Notes under the pieces: model-generated | Told to the model about the DNA's origin: nothing | Databases searched by the model: none | The model's input: only the letters and a program-made list of their open reading frames with translations | Translations under genes and position numbers: made by a program | Assembly (NCBI GenBank): GCA_964016885.1 | Contig: CAXHJY010001257.1 | Location: 163,423-227,422, forward strand | Direction: 5' to 3' | From: Eledone cirrhosa | Taxonomy: Eukaryota | DNA length: 64,000 nt | Shown: positions 23,838-40,029 of the stretch, piece after piece | How positions within the stretch are numbered: the stretch's first letter is position 1 | How the letters are laid out: the number at the start of each line of letters is the position of its first letter

Positions 23838-24170
23838 GAAGGAGCATGGCTTAGTGGTTAGAGCATTGGGCTTACAATCGAAAGGTTGTGAGTTCAATTC
23901 TCAGACCGGGTGATGTGTTGTTTCCTTGAGCAAGACACTTTATTTCACATTGCTCCAGTTTACTCAGCTGTAGAAATGAGATGATAGGGACTGGGGTCCC
24001 TATCATTCCACTGTAAAGTGGTCGTGGAGGTGCCACGGCAAAAAAGCACCCAGCACTCACTGTAAATGAGGTTGGTGTTAGGAAGGGCATCCAGCTGTAG
24101 AAATCAAGCCAGAGTCAGTTCCCGTCTCACCCTTGCAAGCAGGGAAAAGCGGACGTAAAATGATGATGAT
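23838..24170 (+). mobile_element. SINE family A, full length
   Basis: Near-identical to 10745-11095. Confidence 0.85.
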
Positions 24171-24219
24171 ATATATATAAATAGTTGTAAAAAGCTGTCA
24201 GGTTATATCCGTAGTTGGT

Positions 24220-24525
24220 AGGGCAACTTTATTTCACGTTGCTCCAGTTTACTCAGCTGAAAAATGGGTAGCAGCGATAGCTGGGGGTGTAACCCTGCGA
24301 ATGACTGGCATCCTGTCCAGGGGGGAGTCTTGTACTCTCAGTCGCTTCAGGCCATAAAGCCGGGATAAGCACCGGCCAAATAAGCCTTCTTAAGACAGAC
24401 TTTAGACTTATGGCCTGCCTGCCCAGCCAGTGAGATGGCGTCATTGTACGGCTAAAACAGCACGTGTTGTGACCAGTGGCACCGAGTGGGTCCCGACAGA
24501 CTGGTTGGTCAAGGTGGAAGGTGAT
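24220..24525 (+). mobile_element. Headless CORE-like SINE fragment with a different 3' body (duplicated at about 31480-31786)
   Basis: ACTTTATTTCACGTTGCTCCAGTTTACTCAGCTG followed by AACCCTGCGAATGACTGGCATCCTGTCCAGGGGGGAG. Confidence 0.55.
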
Positions 24526-24580
24526 ATATATATGTGTGTGTGTATATATATATATATGTATATATATATGTGTATATATT

Positions 24581-24611
<31 letters not shown>

Positions 24612-25550
24612 ATAATATATGTGTATATATTTGTGTGTATATATATATGTATATATATGTATATATATATGTATATATATGTATATATATAATGTGTATA
24701 TATGTATATATATAATGTGTATATATGTATATATATAATGTGTATATATGTATATATATAATGTGTATATATGTATATATATAATGTGTGTGTGTATATA
24801 TATGTACGTATATATATAATGTGTGTGTGTATATGTACGTATATATATGTGTGTATATATATATATGTATATGTGTGTATATATATATATGTATATATAT
24901 GTATATATATATATATGTATATATATATGTGTGTATATATATGTATATATATATGTGTGTATATATATGTATATATATATGTGTGTATATATATGTATAT
25001 ATATATGTGTGTATATATATGTATATATATATATATGTGTGTATATATATGTATATATATATATATGTGTGTGTATATATATATGTATATATGTGTGTAT
25101 ATATATGTATATATATATATATATGTGTGTATATATATGTATATATATATATATGTGTGTGTATATATATATGTATATATGTGTGTATATATATGTATAT
25201 ATATATATATGTGTGTGTATATATATATGTATATATGTGTGTATATATATGTATATATATAATGTGTGTGTGTATATATATGTACGTATATATATAATGT
25301 GTGTGTGTATATGTACGTATATATATGTGTGTATATATATATATGTATATGTGTGTATATATATATATGTATATATATGTATATATATATATATGTATAT
25401 ATATATGTGTGTATATATATGTATATATATATGTGTGTGTATATATATATGTATATATGTGTGTATATATATGTATATATATATGTGTGTGTATATATAT
25501 ATGTATATATGTGTGTATATATATATATATATATGTGTGTATATATATGT

Positions 25551-25581
<31 letters not shown>

Positions 25582-25670
25582 GTGTGTATATATATGTATA
25601 TATATATAATATATATATATATATGTATATATATGTATATATATATATATATATATAAGCATATATATAT
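24525..25670. repeat. (TA)/(TG) microsatellite (paralog 31786-32750)
   Basis: Direct reading. Confidence 0.95.
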
Positions 25671-26323
25671 AAGCATAAACGAACTAAGGAAAAAATTAGA
25701 GATAAGAGGGATCAGATGTTGTTTACTCGAGAGACGGCTGCGTTGGTATGGACACGTGATGCGCATGAAAGTCGATAGCTGTATTACAAAGTGCAGGGCA
25801 ATAAAGATAGACGGTAGCCACGGAATAGGCAGACCTAGAAAAACATGGGATGAGCTGATAAACTCCGACCTCATACACTTACACCTCTCCAAGACAATGT
25901 CACTGGACCGTGACCTTTGGCGGTACTCAGTAACAGAGAAGACCCGCCTTGCCAGTAGGCATCTCTAACAAACTACACCCCGTCCCGCCACCACCCCCAC
26001 CCCATCCACACCACCCCGTTCCATGTAAAGTTATGTTGGTGCCGCGCCATCCAGGCCGAAACAAACGAGATCGTGTAGGTGTCACGACAAAAAAACACAC
26101 AGTCCACGCTGTAATGTGGCCGTGTAGGCAACACGGTAAAAACCTCCCAGACCCACACTGTAAATGTGGTTGGTGTTAGGAAGGGCATCCAACTGTAGAA
26201 AACCTGCCAGACAGTCCTATGCGAGCAAGACAATCACTCTTGCCTCAAGTGGGACTACCCCCGTCCAAACCCATGCAAGCGTGGAACACGGACGTTAAAC
26301 GTTGATGATGATGATGATGATGA
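25670..26323 (+). mobile_element. RTE LINE 3' fragment
   Basis: [31 protein letters not shown]...GRPRKTW, 3' UTR and (GAT)n. Confidence 0.9.
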
Positions 26324-26747
26324 TATATGTATATATATATATGTATATATATATAATATATGTATGTATATATATATATATACATGTGTATATATACATA
26401 TATATATTTAGTGAACAATAAGAATATATATGAACTGGTTTGGAACTAAATTTATAGTCATGGACAAGATATATATATACACTCTGTGTATATATATATA
26501 TATGTATATATATACGTGTATATATATGTGTATAAGTATACTGTGTGTTTTATAGACATTGTGGGGGTTTTTTTGTGTGTATACATATATATACACACAA
26601 AAAAAAACTATATATATATACACATATATATATATATATACATACACATATATATCTATACATACACATATATATATATATATATATATACATACACACA
26701 TATATATATATATATATATACATACACATATATATATATATATATAT

Positions 26748-26785
<38 letters not shown>

Positions 26786-26787
<2 letters not shown>

Positions 26788-27192
26788 TGGCTGCCAACTC
26801 GTTTTCGAGTACGGCCACTACTTTATATCCATGTAGGAGAACCCCTACCGATGCGCTGAACGAGTGTGACTTTCTAGTCCAGCCAGCGACTTGAAAACTC
26901 TGGTACAAACACTACACTTGTGACAATTATTGACACATAGTGCTGGGCCCATGGTACCATGTGACGACAAGTGCAGAGAGATCTCCAGATACAAAGCAAT
27001 GCCTGTGCCATGAAGCTTTTATAATGAGCAAAGGCACTGCACAAAGCCAGTCCCACTCTCTTAACCAAGATGATATTTATCAAAAGATGACCCCTTAGCC
27101 TTTGTCAGGGCAGAATTCTAGAAGGAAAATTCTGATATAACACCTGCAACCCTGATGGTATCCAATGATGTTGACTTGTTCTTCTTTTTGGT

Positions 27193-27195
<3 letters not shown>
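26786..27195 (-). mobile_element. Degraded 3' end of a second, RTE-like LINE with a terminal C2H2 finger (duplicated at 33389-33797)
   Basis: Minus strand encodes [23 protein letters not shown]-stop, then a short UTR and (TA)n. Confidence 0.6.
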
Positions 27196-27246
<51 letters not shown>

Positions 27247-27556
27247 AAACCACTCGAAAATATATAAACTAAAATCATTACATTACATACACACACAAAC
27301 AATAAAACCACAGCAACACACAACACAGTGTGTTGTGTGTGTATATATATATGCACACAGTGTGTGTGTATATATACATATATATATACACACTGTGTGT
27401 GTATATATATATGTGTATATATATATATATATACACAACACACTGTGTGTGTGTGTTGTGTGTTGCTGTGGTTTTATTGTTTGTGTGTGTATGTAGTGTA
27501 ATGATTTTAGTTTATATATGTTCGAGTGGTTTTGTGTGTGTGTGTATATATATATA

Positions 27557-27799
27557 TCATCATCATCGTTTAACGTCCATGTTCCACGCTTGCATGGGTT
27601 TGGACGGGAGTTTTCCCACTTGAGGCAAGAGTGGTTGTCTTGCTCGCATAGGACTGTCTGGCGGGTTTTCTACAGCTGGATGCCCTTCCTAACACCAACC
27701 ACATTTACAGTGTGGGACTGGGAGGTTTTTACCGTGTTGCCTACACGGCCACATTACAGCGTGGACTGTCTGGCGGGTTTTCTACAGCTGGATGCCCTT

Positions 27800-27801
<2 letters not shown>
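27557..27801 (-). mobile_element. RTE 3' UTR fragment (paralog 34123-34477)
   Basis: Reverse complement of 41200-41457. Confidence 0.85.
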
Positions 27802-27839
<38 letters not shown>

Positions 27840-27847
27840 TGTGTATA

Positions 27848-27888
<41 letters not shown>

Positions 27889-28379
27889 GTGTATGTATAT
27901 ATATATATATGTGTGTATGTATATATATATATATGTGTGTATGTATATATATATATATGTGTGTATGTATATATATATATATGTGTGTATGTATATATAT
28001 ATATATGTGTGTATGTATATATATATATATGTGTGTATGTATATATATATATATGTGTGTATGTATATATATATATATATGTGTGTATGTATATATATAT
28101 ATATGTGTGTATGTATGTATATATATATATATATGTGTGTATGTATGTATATATATATATATATGTGTGTATGTATGTATATATATATATATATATATAT
28201 GTGTGTATGTATATATATATATATGTGTATGTATATATATATATATATATGTGTATGTATATATATATATGTATATATATATGTATATATATATATATAT
28301 GTGTATGTATATATATATATGTATATATATATATGTATATATATATATATGTATATATATGTATATATGTATATATATG

Positions 28380-28442
<63 letters not shown>

Positions 28443-28455
28443 GTATATATATATG

Positions 28456-28491
<36 letters not shown>

Positions 28492-28750
28492 TATATGTGT
28501 GTATGTATATATATATATATGTGTGTATGTATATATATATATGTATATATATATATATGTATATATATATATGTGTATGTATATATATATATATGTGTAT
28601 GTATATATATATATGTATATATATATATGTATATATATATATGTATATATATATATGTATATATATATATGTGTATGTATATATATATATATGTGTATGT
28701 ATATATATATATATGTGTATGTATATATATATATATGTGTATGTATATAT

Positions 28751-28798
<48 letters not shown>

Positions 28799-28801
28799 AT
28801 G

Positions 28802-28838
<37 letters not shown>

Positions 28839-28845
28839 GTGTATG

Positions 28846-28882
<37 letters not shown>

Positions 28883-28889
28883 GTGTATG

Positions 28890-28926
<37 letters not shown>

Positions 28927-28933
28927 GTGTATG

Positions 28934-28970
<37 letters not shown>

Positions 28971-29001
28971 GTGTATGTATATATATATATATATATATGT
29001 G

Positions 29002-29085
<84 letters not shown>

Positions 29086-29181
29086 TATATGTGTATGTAT
29101 ATATATATATATATATATGTGTATGTATATATATGTGTATGTATATATATGTATGTATATATATATATATATATATATGTG

Positions 29182-29230
<49 letters not shown>

Positions 29231-29233
29231 GTG

Positions 29234-29272
<39 letters not shown>

Positions 29273-29274
29273 AT

Positions 29275-29318
<44 letters not shown>

Positions 29319-29325
29319 GTGTATG

Positions 29326-29363
<38 letters not shown>

Positions 29364-29408
29364 TATGTATATATGTGTATGTATATATATATATATGTAT
29401 ATATGTGT

Positions 29409-29439
<31 letters not shown>

Positions 29440-29440
29440 T

Positions 29441-29474
<34 letters not shown>

Positions 29475-29500
29475 ATGTATATATATATATATATATGTGT

Positions 29501-29531
<31 letters not shown>

Positions 29532-29822
29532 TATGTATATATATATATATATATATATGTGTATGTATATATATATATATATATATGTGTATGTATATAT
29601 ATATATATATATATGTATATATGTGTATATATATATATGTATATATGTGTATGTATATATATATATATATATATGTATATATGTGTATATATATATATGT
29701 ATATATGTGTATGTATATATATATATATGTATATATGTGTATGTATATATATATATATATATGTATATGTGTATGTATATATATATATATATATGTATGT
29801 ATATATATATATGTGTGTGTGT

Positions 29823-29853
<31 letters not shown>

Positions 29854-30496
29854 TATGTATATATATATGTATGTATATGTATATATATATATGTGTATGT
29901 ATATATATATATATATGTGTATGTATATATATATGTGTATGTATATATATGTGTATGTATATATATATATGTGTATGTATATATATATATGTGTATGTAT
30001 ATATATATATGTGTATGTATATATATATATATATGTGTATGTATATATATGTGTATGTATATATATATATATGTGTATGTATATATATATATATGTGTAT
30101 GTATATATATATATATACATGTGTATGTATATATATATATACATGTGTATGTATATATATATATATATATGTATGTATATATATATATATATGTGTATGT
30201 ATATATATATATATATGTGTATGTATATATATATATATATGTGTATGTATATATATATATATATGTGTATGTATATATATATATATATGTGTATGTATAT
30301 ATATATATATATGTGTATGTATATATATATATATATGTGTATGTATATATATATATATATGTGTATGTATATATATATATATATGTGTATGTATATATAT
30401 ATATATATGTGTATGTATATATATATATATATGTGTATGTATATATATATATATATATATATGTGTATGTATATATATATATATATATATATGTGT

Positions 30497-30530
<34 letters not shown>

Positions 30531-30871
30531 ATGTATATATATATATATATATATATGTGTGTATGTATATATATATATATATATATGTGTATGTATATAT
30601 ATATATATATATATGTGTGTATGTATATATATATATATATGTGTGTATGTATATATATATATATATATGTGTGTATGTATATATATATATATATATGTGT
30701 GTATGTATATATATATATATATATATGTGTATGTATATATATATATATATATATGTGTGTATGTATATATATATATATATATGTGTATGTATATATATAT
30801 ATATATATATGTGTGTATGTATATATATATATATATATGTGTGTATGTATATATATATATATATATGTGTG

Positions 30872-30906
<35 letters not shown>

Positions 30907-30931
30907 ATGTATATATATATATATATATATG

Positions 30932-30995
<64 letters not shown>

Positions 30996-31021
30996 TATGT
31001 ATATATATATATATATATGTG

Positions 31022-31053
<32 letters not shown>
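27802..31053. repeat. About 3.2-kb (TA)n/GTGTATG microsatellite (paralog 34478-36352)
   Basis: Direct reading. Confidence 0.97.
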
Positions 31054-31054
<1 letters not shown>

Positions 31055-31058
<4 letters not shown>

Positions 31059-31432
31059 CCCAAGATGACCTGGGATGAGGTGATAAAAGCCGACCTTACC
31101 CAACTACACCTCTCAAAGGCAATGACACACGACCGTGACCTCTGGCGTCACGCAGTAATACAGAGTACCCAACCTCCCATGGGTACAAGCTGAAGCATAT
31201 AGACAATATGCCCCCACACCCCCCACCGCAAGGTGGTCGTGGAGGTGCCACGGCAAAAAAGCACCCAGTCCACACTGTAGAGTGGACGTGTAGGCGCCAC
31301 GAAAAAGCACCCAGCACTCACTGTAAATGAGGTTGGTGTTAGGAAGGGCATCCAGCTGTAGAAATCAAGCCAGAGTCAGTTCCCGTCTCACCCTTGCAAG
31401 CAGGGAAAAGCGGACGTAAAATGATGATGATA
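31055..31432 (+). mobile_element. RTE 3' coding fragment plus the tail shared with SINE family A (paralog 36353-36735)
   Basis: [31 protein letters not shown] followed by the GGAAGGGCATCC tail. Confidence 0.85.
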
Positions 31433-32605
31433 TATATATAAATAGTTGTAAAAAGCTGTCAGGTTATATCCGTAGTTGGTAGGGCAACTTTATTTCACGT
31501 TGCTCCAGTTTACTCAGCTGAAAAATGGGTAGCAGCGATAGCTGGGGGTGTAACCCTGCGAATGACTGGCATCCTGTCCAGGGGGGAGTCTTGTACTCTC
31601 AGTCGCTTCAGGCCATAAAGCCGGGATAAGCACCGGCCAAATAAGCCTTCTTAAGACAGACTTTAGACTTATGGCCTGCCTGCCCAGCCAGTGAGATGGC
31701 GTCATTGTACGGCTAAAACAGCACGTGTTGTGACCAGTGGCACCGAGTGGGTCCCGACAGACTGGTTGGTCAAGGTGGAAGGTGATATATATATGTGTGT
31801 GTGTATGTATATATATATGTATATATATATGTGTATATATTTGTGTATATATATATATATATGTATATATATAATATATGTGTATATATTTGTGTGTATA
31901 TATATATATGTATATATTTGTGTGTATATATATATGTATATATTTGTGTGTATATATATATGTATATATATAATGTGTATATATGTATATATATAATGTG
32001 TATATATGTATATATATAATGTGTGTGTGTATATATATGTACGTATATATATAATGTGTGTGTGTATATGTACGTATATATATATGTGTGTATATATATA
32101 TATATGTATATATATGTATATATATATATGTATATATATGTATATATATATATGTATATATATGTATATATATATATATGTGTATATATATGTATATATA
32201 TATGTGTATATATATGTATATATATATGTGTGTATATATATGTATATATATGTGTGTATATATATGTATATATATATGTGTGTATATATATGTATATATA
32301 TATGTGTGTATATATATGTATATATATATATATATGTGTGTGTATATATATATGTATATATGTGTGTATATATATGTATATATATATATGTGTGTATATA
32401 TATATATGTATATATATGTGTATATATGTACATATATGTGTGTATATATATGTATATATATATATGTGTATATATATGTGTATATATATATGTATATATG
32501 TGTGTATATATATTTATATATATATAATGTGTGTATATATATTTATATATAATGTGTGTATATATATTTATATATAATGTGTGTATATATATGTATATAT
32601 ATATA

Positions 32606-32675
<70 letters not shown>

Positions 32676-33260
32676 GTATATATATATAATATATATATGT
32701 ATATATATATATGTATATATATATAATATATGTATGTATATATATATATATATTGTTATATTTGGGGAGGGTCATATTTGCGTAATATTGCCAGGGTTGG
32801 TTTTCGCTTCTCGCTGTCTTTTATATATATATATCTGCGATCTAACTTACTCGGTCAAAAATAATACAGATACAATATAGACAAACACATATATATAGTT
32901 TACATAAATCTTTCGTTGCACATCTGCAACATCGTCAGTGGTGTTATATTCATTGTTATATATATATACATACATGTGTATATATACATATTTATATTTA
33001 GTGAACAATAAGAATATATATGAACTGGTTTGGAACTAAATTTATAGTCATGGACAAGATATATATATACACTCTGTGTATATATATATATATGTATATA
33101 TATATGTGTATATATATGTGTATAAGTATACTGTGTGTTTTATAGACATTGTGGGTTTTTTTTTGTGTGTATACATATATATACACACAAAAAAAAACTA
33201 TATATATATACACATATATATATATATATATACATACACATATATATCTATACATACACA

Positions 33261-33302
<42 letters not shown>

Positions 33303-33329
33303 CATACACATATATATATATATATATAT

Positions 33330-33391
<62 letters not shown>

Positions 33392-33797
33392 TGGCTGCCA
33401 ACTCGTTTTCGAGTACGGCCACTACTTTATATCCATGTAGGAGAACCCCTACTGATGCGCTGAACGAGTGACTTTCTAGTCCAGCCAGCGACTTGAAAAC
33501 TCTGGTACAAACACTACACTTGTGACAATTATTGACACATAGTGCTGGGCCCATGGTACCATGTGACGACAAGTGCAGAGAGATCTCCAGATACAAAGCA
33601 ATGCCTGTGCCATGAAGCTTTTATAATGAGCAAAGGCACTGCACAAAGCCAGTCCCACTCTCTTAACCAAGATGATATTTATCAAAAGATGACCCCTTAG
33701 CCTTTGTCAGGGCAGAATTCTAGAAGGAAAATTCTGATATAACACCTGCAACCCTGATGGTATCCAATGATGTTGACTTGTTCTTCTTTTTGGTAAA

Positions 33798-33834
<37 letters not shown>

Positions 33835-34475
33835 AAACCACTCGAAAATATATAAACTAAAATCATTACACTACATACACACACAAACAATAAAACCACA
33901 GCAACACACAACACACATACACAGTGTGTTGTGTGTGTATATATACATATATATATACACACTGTGTGTGTATATATATATGTGTATATATATATATATA
34001 CACAACACACTGTGTGTGTGTGTTGTGTGTTGCTGTGGTTTTATTGTTTGTGTGTGTATGTAGTGTAATGATTTTAGTTTATATATGTTCGAGTGGTTTT
34101 GTGTGTGTGTGTATATATATATATCATCATCATCGTTTAACGTCCATGTTCCACGCTTGCATGGGTTTGACGGGAGTTTTCCCACTTGAGGCAAGAGTGG
34201 TTGTCTTGCTCGCATAGGACTGTCTGGCGGGTTTTCTACAGTTGGATGCCCTCCTAACACCAACCACATTTACAGTGTGGGGCTGGAGGTTTTTACCGTG
34301 TTGCCTACACGGCCACATTACAGCGTGGACTGTCTGGCGGGTTTTCTACAGCTGGATGCCCTTCCTAACACCAACCACATTTACAGTGTGGGACTGGGAG
34401 GTTTTTACCGTGTTGCCTACACGGCCACATTACAGCGTGGACTCTCTGGCTGGTTTTCTACGGCTGGATGCCCTT

Positions 34476-34594
<119 letters not shown>

Positions 34595-34863
34595 GTATGT
34601 ATGTATATATGTATATATATATATATATATGTGTATGTATGTATATATGTATATATATATATATATATGTGTATGTATGTATATATATATATATATATGT
34701 GTATGTATATATATATATATATGTGTATGTATGTATATATATATATATATATATATGTGTGTATGTATATATATATATATGTGTATGTATATATATATAT
34801 GTAATATATATATATATATGTGTATGTATATATGTGTATGTATTATATATATATATGTGTATG

Positions 34864-34894
<31 letters not shown>

Positions 34895-34923
34895 GTGTAT
34901 GTATATATATATATATGTGTATG

Positions 34924-34954
<31 letters not shown>

Positions 34955-35285
34955 GTGTATGTATATATGTGTATGTATATATATATATATGTGTATGTAT
35001 ATATATATATGTATATATATATATATGTGTATGTATATATATATATATGTGTATGTATATATATATATATATATATGTGTATGTATATATATATATATAT
35101 ATGTGTATGTATATATATATATATATATGTGTATGTATATATATATATATGTGTATATATATTGTGTATGTATATATATATATATATATGTGTATGTATA
35201 TATATATATATATATGTGTATGTATATATATATATATGTGTATATATATATATATATATATTGTATGTATATATATATATATGTG

Positions 35286-35358
<73 letters not shown>

Positions 35359-35502
35359 GTGTGTATGTATATATATATATATATATATGTGTGTATGTAT
35401 ATATATATATATATGTGTATGTATTTATATATATATATATATATGTGTATGTATATATATATATATATATGTGTATGTATATATATATATATATATATGT
35501 GT

Positions 35503-35533
<31 letters not shown>

Positions 35534-35555
35534 TATGTATATATATATATATGTG

Positions 35556-35594
<39 letters not shown>

Positions 35595-35719
35595 GTGTAT
35601 GTATATACATATATATATATATATATGTGTATGTATATATATATATATATATGTGTATGTATATATATATATATATATGTGTATGTATATATATATATAT
35701 ATATATGTATATATGTGTA

Positions 35720-35750
<31 letters not shown>

Positions 35751-35753
35751 GTA

Positions 35754-35784
<31 letters not shown>

Positions 35785-35787
35785 GTA

Positions 35788-35818
<31 letters not shown>

Positions 35819-35836
35819 GTATGTATATATATATAT

Positions 35837-35880
<44 letters not shown>

Positions 35881-35921
35881 GTATGTATATATATATATAT
35901 ATATATGTATATATGTGTATG

Positions 35922-35952
<31 letters not shown>

Positions 35953-36309
35953 GTGTATGTATATATATATATATATATATGTATATATGTGTATGTATAT
36001 ATATATATATATATATGTATATATGTGTATGTATATATATATATATATGTATATATGTGTATGTATATATATATATATATATATGTATATATGTGTATGT
36101 ATATATATATATAATATATGTATATATGTGTATGTATATATATATATATATATGTGTATGTATATATATATATATATGTGTGTATGTATATATATATATA
36201 TATATGTGTGTATGTATATATATATATATATATGTGTGTATGTATATATATAATATATGTGTGTATGTATATATATATATATGTGTATGTATATATATAT
36301 ATATATGTG

Positions 36310-36356
<47 letters not shown>

Positions 36357-36739
36357 CCCAAGATGACCTGGGATGAGGTGATAAAAGCCGACCTTACCCA
36401 ACTACACCTCTCAAAGGCAATGACACACGACCGTGACCTCTGGCGTCACGCAGTAATACAGGGTACCCGACCTCCCATGGGTACATGCTGAAACATATAG
36501 ACAATATGCCCCCACACCCCCCACCGCAAGGTGGTCGTGGAGGTGCCACGGCAAAAAAGCACCCAGTCCACACTGTAGAGTGGACGTGTAGGCGCCACGA
36601 AAAACACCCAGCACTCACTGTAAATGAGGTTGGTGTTAGGAAGGGCATCCAGCTGTAGAAATCAAGCCAGCATCAGTTCCCGTCCCACCCTTGCAAGCTG
36701 GGAAAAAGCGGACGTGAAATGAAATGATGATGAATGATA

Positions 36740-37365
36740 AGTATGTATATACATACAAGTATGTATATATATATATATACATATATATGTATATATATGT
36801 ATGTATATATATATATACATATATATATGTATATATATGTATGTATATATATATATATATATACATATATATATGTATATATATATGTATGTATATATGT
36901 ATATATATATGTATGTATATATGTATATATATATGTATGTATATATATATATATATATATATGTATATAAGTATGTATATACATACAAGTATGTATATAT
37001 ATATGTATATAAGTATGTATATACATACAAGTATGTATATATGTATATAAGTATGTATATACATACAAGTATGTATATATGTATATATATATATATATGC
37101 ATATAAGTATGTATATACATACAAGTATGTATATATGTATATATATATATATATGCATATAAGTATGTATATACATACAAGTATGTATATATGTATATAT
37201 ATATATATGTATATAAGTATGTATATACATACAAGTATGTATGTATGTATGTATATATATATATATATATATGTATATAAGTGTGTATATACATACAAGT
37301 ATGTATATATATACATATATGTATATATATATATACGTATGTGTGTATATATATATATATATATA
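36740..37365. repeat. TA-rich minisatellite with AAGTATGTATATACATAC units
   Basis: Direct reading. Confidence 0.9.
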
Positions 37366-38244
37366 GGCGACAGCATGCTATATTCTTCTGACCTGTCTAA
37401 AAGGGGGCGTAACTCTGATTTAGAACGTCCAACCCATATATATATATATATGTGTGTGTGTGTATGTGTATATATAGATATGTGTGTGTTGGTGAAGGGG
37501 GTGGTGTGTTGATGATGGTGTGGTGGTGGTGTTGGTGAAGGGGGTGATGTGTTGATGATGGTGTGGTGGTGGTGTTGGTGAAGGGGGTGATGTGTTGATG
37601 ATGTTTTTTGGTGAAGGTGGTGGTGGTGGGGTGTTGGTGAAGGTGGTGGTGTGTTGGTGGTGGTGTTGGTGGTGAAGGTGGTGGTGAAGAGGGTGTGGTG
37701 GTGGTGTTTATATGATGGTGTATAATCTTTTTATACACAATGTTTATTATTGATTTGTAAAGTAGACATTTACTCTACCCCGCCCTGCCCCCCCCGTCTC
37801 ACTTCCCCTTTTATATATATATGTATATATATGTGTGTGTGTGTGTATACATATGTGTTTATGTGTGTGTATGTGTGTGTTTCTGTATCTATATTTATGT
37901 GTGTGTGTATATGTGTGTGTGTATATGTTTGTGTGTGTGTATATATATGTGTGTGTATGTGTATATGTGTGTGTATATATACATATATTTAAAAAAGTAA
38001 ACAGAGAACAAAAAACAGAAAACAAAGAGGCAGTACAAATGTTTATTATATATATATATATACACACATATATATATATACACACACACATCCATCATCA
38101 TCGTCTACTGTCCATTTTTACTGTGAGCAAGGAAAGCCATTTCTATTTCAAGGTCTGTTTACTCAAGAGTTATTAGTATGAATGGTTTACACAGTAAATA
38201 TTATAATTACTTGATCTTCTACTTGTCTGTCAAGTCTCAACAGG

Positions 38245-39312
38245 AACCTTAGACAGACAGTACTCCCTGGTTTTATATATACAGGACCCAACAGGGACCT
38301 TAGACAGACAGTACTCCCTGGTTTTATATATGCAGGGCCCAACAGGGACCTTAGACAGACAGTACTCCTTGGCTTTATATATACAGGACCCAACAGGGAC
38401 CTTAGACAGTACTCCTTGGCTTTATATATGCAGGGCCGAACAGAGACCTTAGACAGACGGTACTCCCTGGTTTTATATATACAGGACCCAACAGAGACCT
38501 TAGACAGACAGTACTCCCTGGTTTTATATATGCAGGACCCAACAGGGACCTTAGACAGACAGTACTCCCTGGTTTTATATATGCAGGACCCAACAGGGAC
38601 CTTAGACAGACAGTACTCCCTGGCTTTATATATGCAGGACCCAACAGGGACCTTAGACAGACAGTACTCCCTGGTTTTATATATACAGGACCCAACAGGG
38701 ACCTTAGACAGACAGTACTCCATGGCCTTATATATACAGGACCCAACAGAGACCTTAGACAGACAGTACTCCCTGGTTTTATATATGCAGGACCCAACAG
38801 GGACCTTAGACAGACAGTACTCCCTGGTTTTATATATGCAGGACCCAACAGGGACCTTAGACAGACAGTACTCCCTGGTTTTATATATGCAGGACCCAAC
38901 AGGGACCTTAGACAGACAGTACTCCCTGGCTTTATATATGCAGGACCCAACAGGGACCTTAGACAGACAGTACTCCCTGGTTTTATATATGCAGGACCCA
39001 ACAGGGACCTTAGACAGACAATACTCCCTGGGTTTATATATACAGGACCCAACAGAGACCTTAGACAGACAGTACTCCCTGGATTTATATATACAGGACC
39101 CAACAGGGACCTTAGACAGACAGTACTCCCTGGTTTTATATATACAGGACCCAACAGGGACCTTAGACAGACAATACTCCCTGGTTTTATATATACAGGG
39201 CCCAACAGAGACCTTAGACAGACAATACTCCCTGGTTTTATATATGCAGGACCCAACAGGGACCTTAGACTGACAGTACTCCCTGGTTTTATATATGCAG
39301 GACTCAACAGGG
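38245..39312 (+). repeat. 51-bp minisatellite, about 21 copies
   Basis: Unit CCTTAGACAGACAGTACTCCCTGGTTTTATATATGCAGGACCCAACAGGGA. Confidence 0.95.
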
Positions 39313-39694
39313 CAGTCTTTTGTAGAACAATTTGTGTTTCAGGGTCTTATTTGTTTAAGAACCTTTCTTTTGTCTTGTCAAGTCACAACAAGAACCTTAG
39401 ACAGACAGTACTTTCCTGGGTATATATATACATATATATATCATCATCGTAGGGCAGTTTTGCTAGCATGTGTAGTGTGTGTATTGATATTATACACAAG
39501 TATATATACATGTAGATATGATACATCAAATAAAATCATAATTGACAATATACACAGAAATTGAAGAGAGACTGTGTTACACTGTCTTATGTAATCAGTA
39601 ATGTAATCCATGATACATTAAAAAAAGACGATATTATATATAAACTGGATTACGGTGAAATGTAATGAAAACGAAAAGGAGTAAATGAGTTTCT

Positions 39695-40010
39695 TCATCA
39701 TCATCATCATTTTACGTCCGCTTTTCCCTGCTTGCAAGGGTGGGACGGGAACTGATTCTGGCTTGGTTTCTACAGCTGGATGCCCTTCCTAACACCAACC
39801 TCATTTACAGTGAGTGCTGGGTGCTTTTTTGCCGTGGCACCTCCACGACCACTTTACAGTGGAATGATAGCGACCCCAGTCCCTATCATCTCATTTCTAC
39901 AGCTGAGTAAACTGGAGCAATGTGAAATAAAGTGTCTTGCTCAAGGAAACAACACATCACCCGGTCTGAGAAATGCAAGCCCAATGCTCTAACCACTTAG
40001 CCATTTGCTG
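39695..40010 (-). mobile_element. SINE family A with a deletion in the tRNA head
   Basis: Reverse complement of 23838-24170. Confidence 0.82.
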
Positions 40011-40029
40011 AAGGAAATATAAACATTAT

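Noticed and set aside
26850-26960. C2H2 finger as an exon of a host ZNF gene
   Set aside because: Single finger followed by a stop, no TGEKP linker, frameshifted in the duplicate; fits a LINE C-terminus better.
27518-31193. ORFs over 1000 aa rich in Y/I/C/V/M/H/T
   Set aside because: Translations of stop-free (TA)/(TG) microsatellites; the same applies to similar ORFs across the window.
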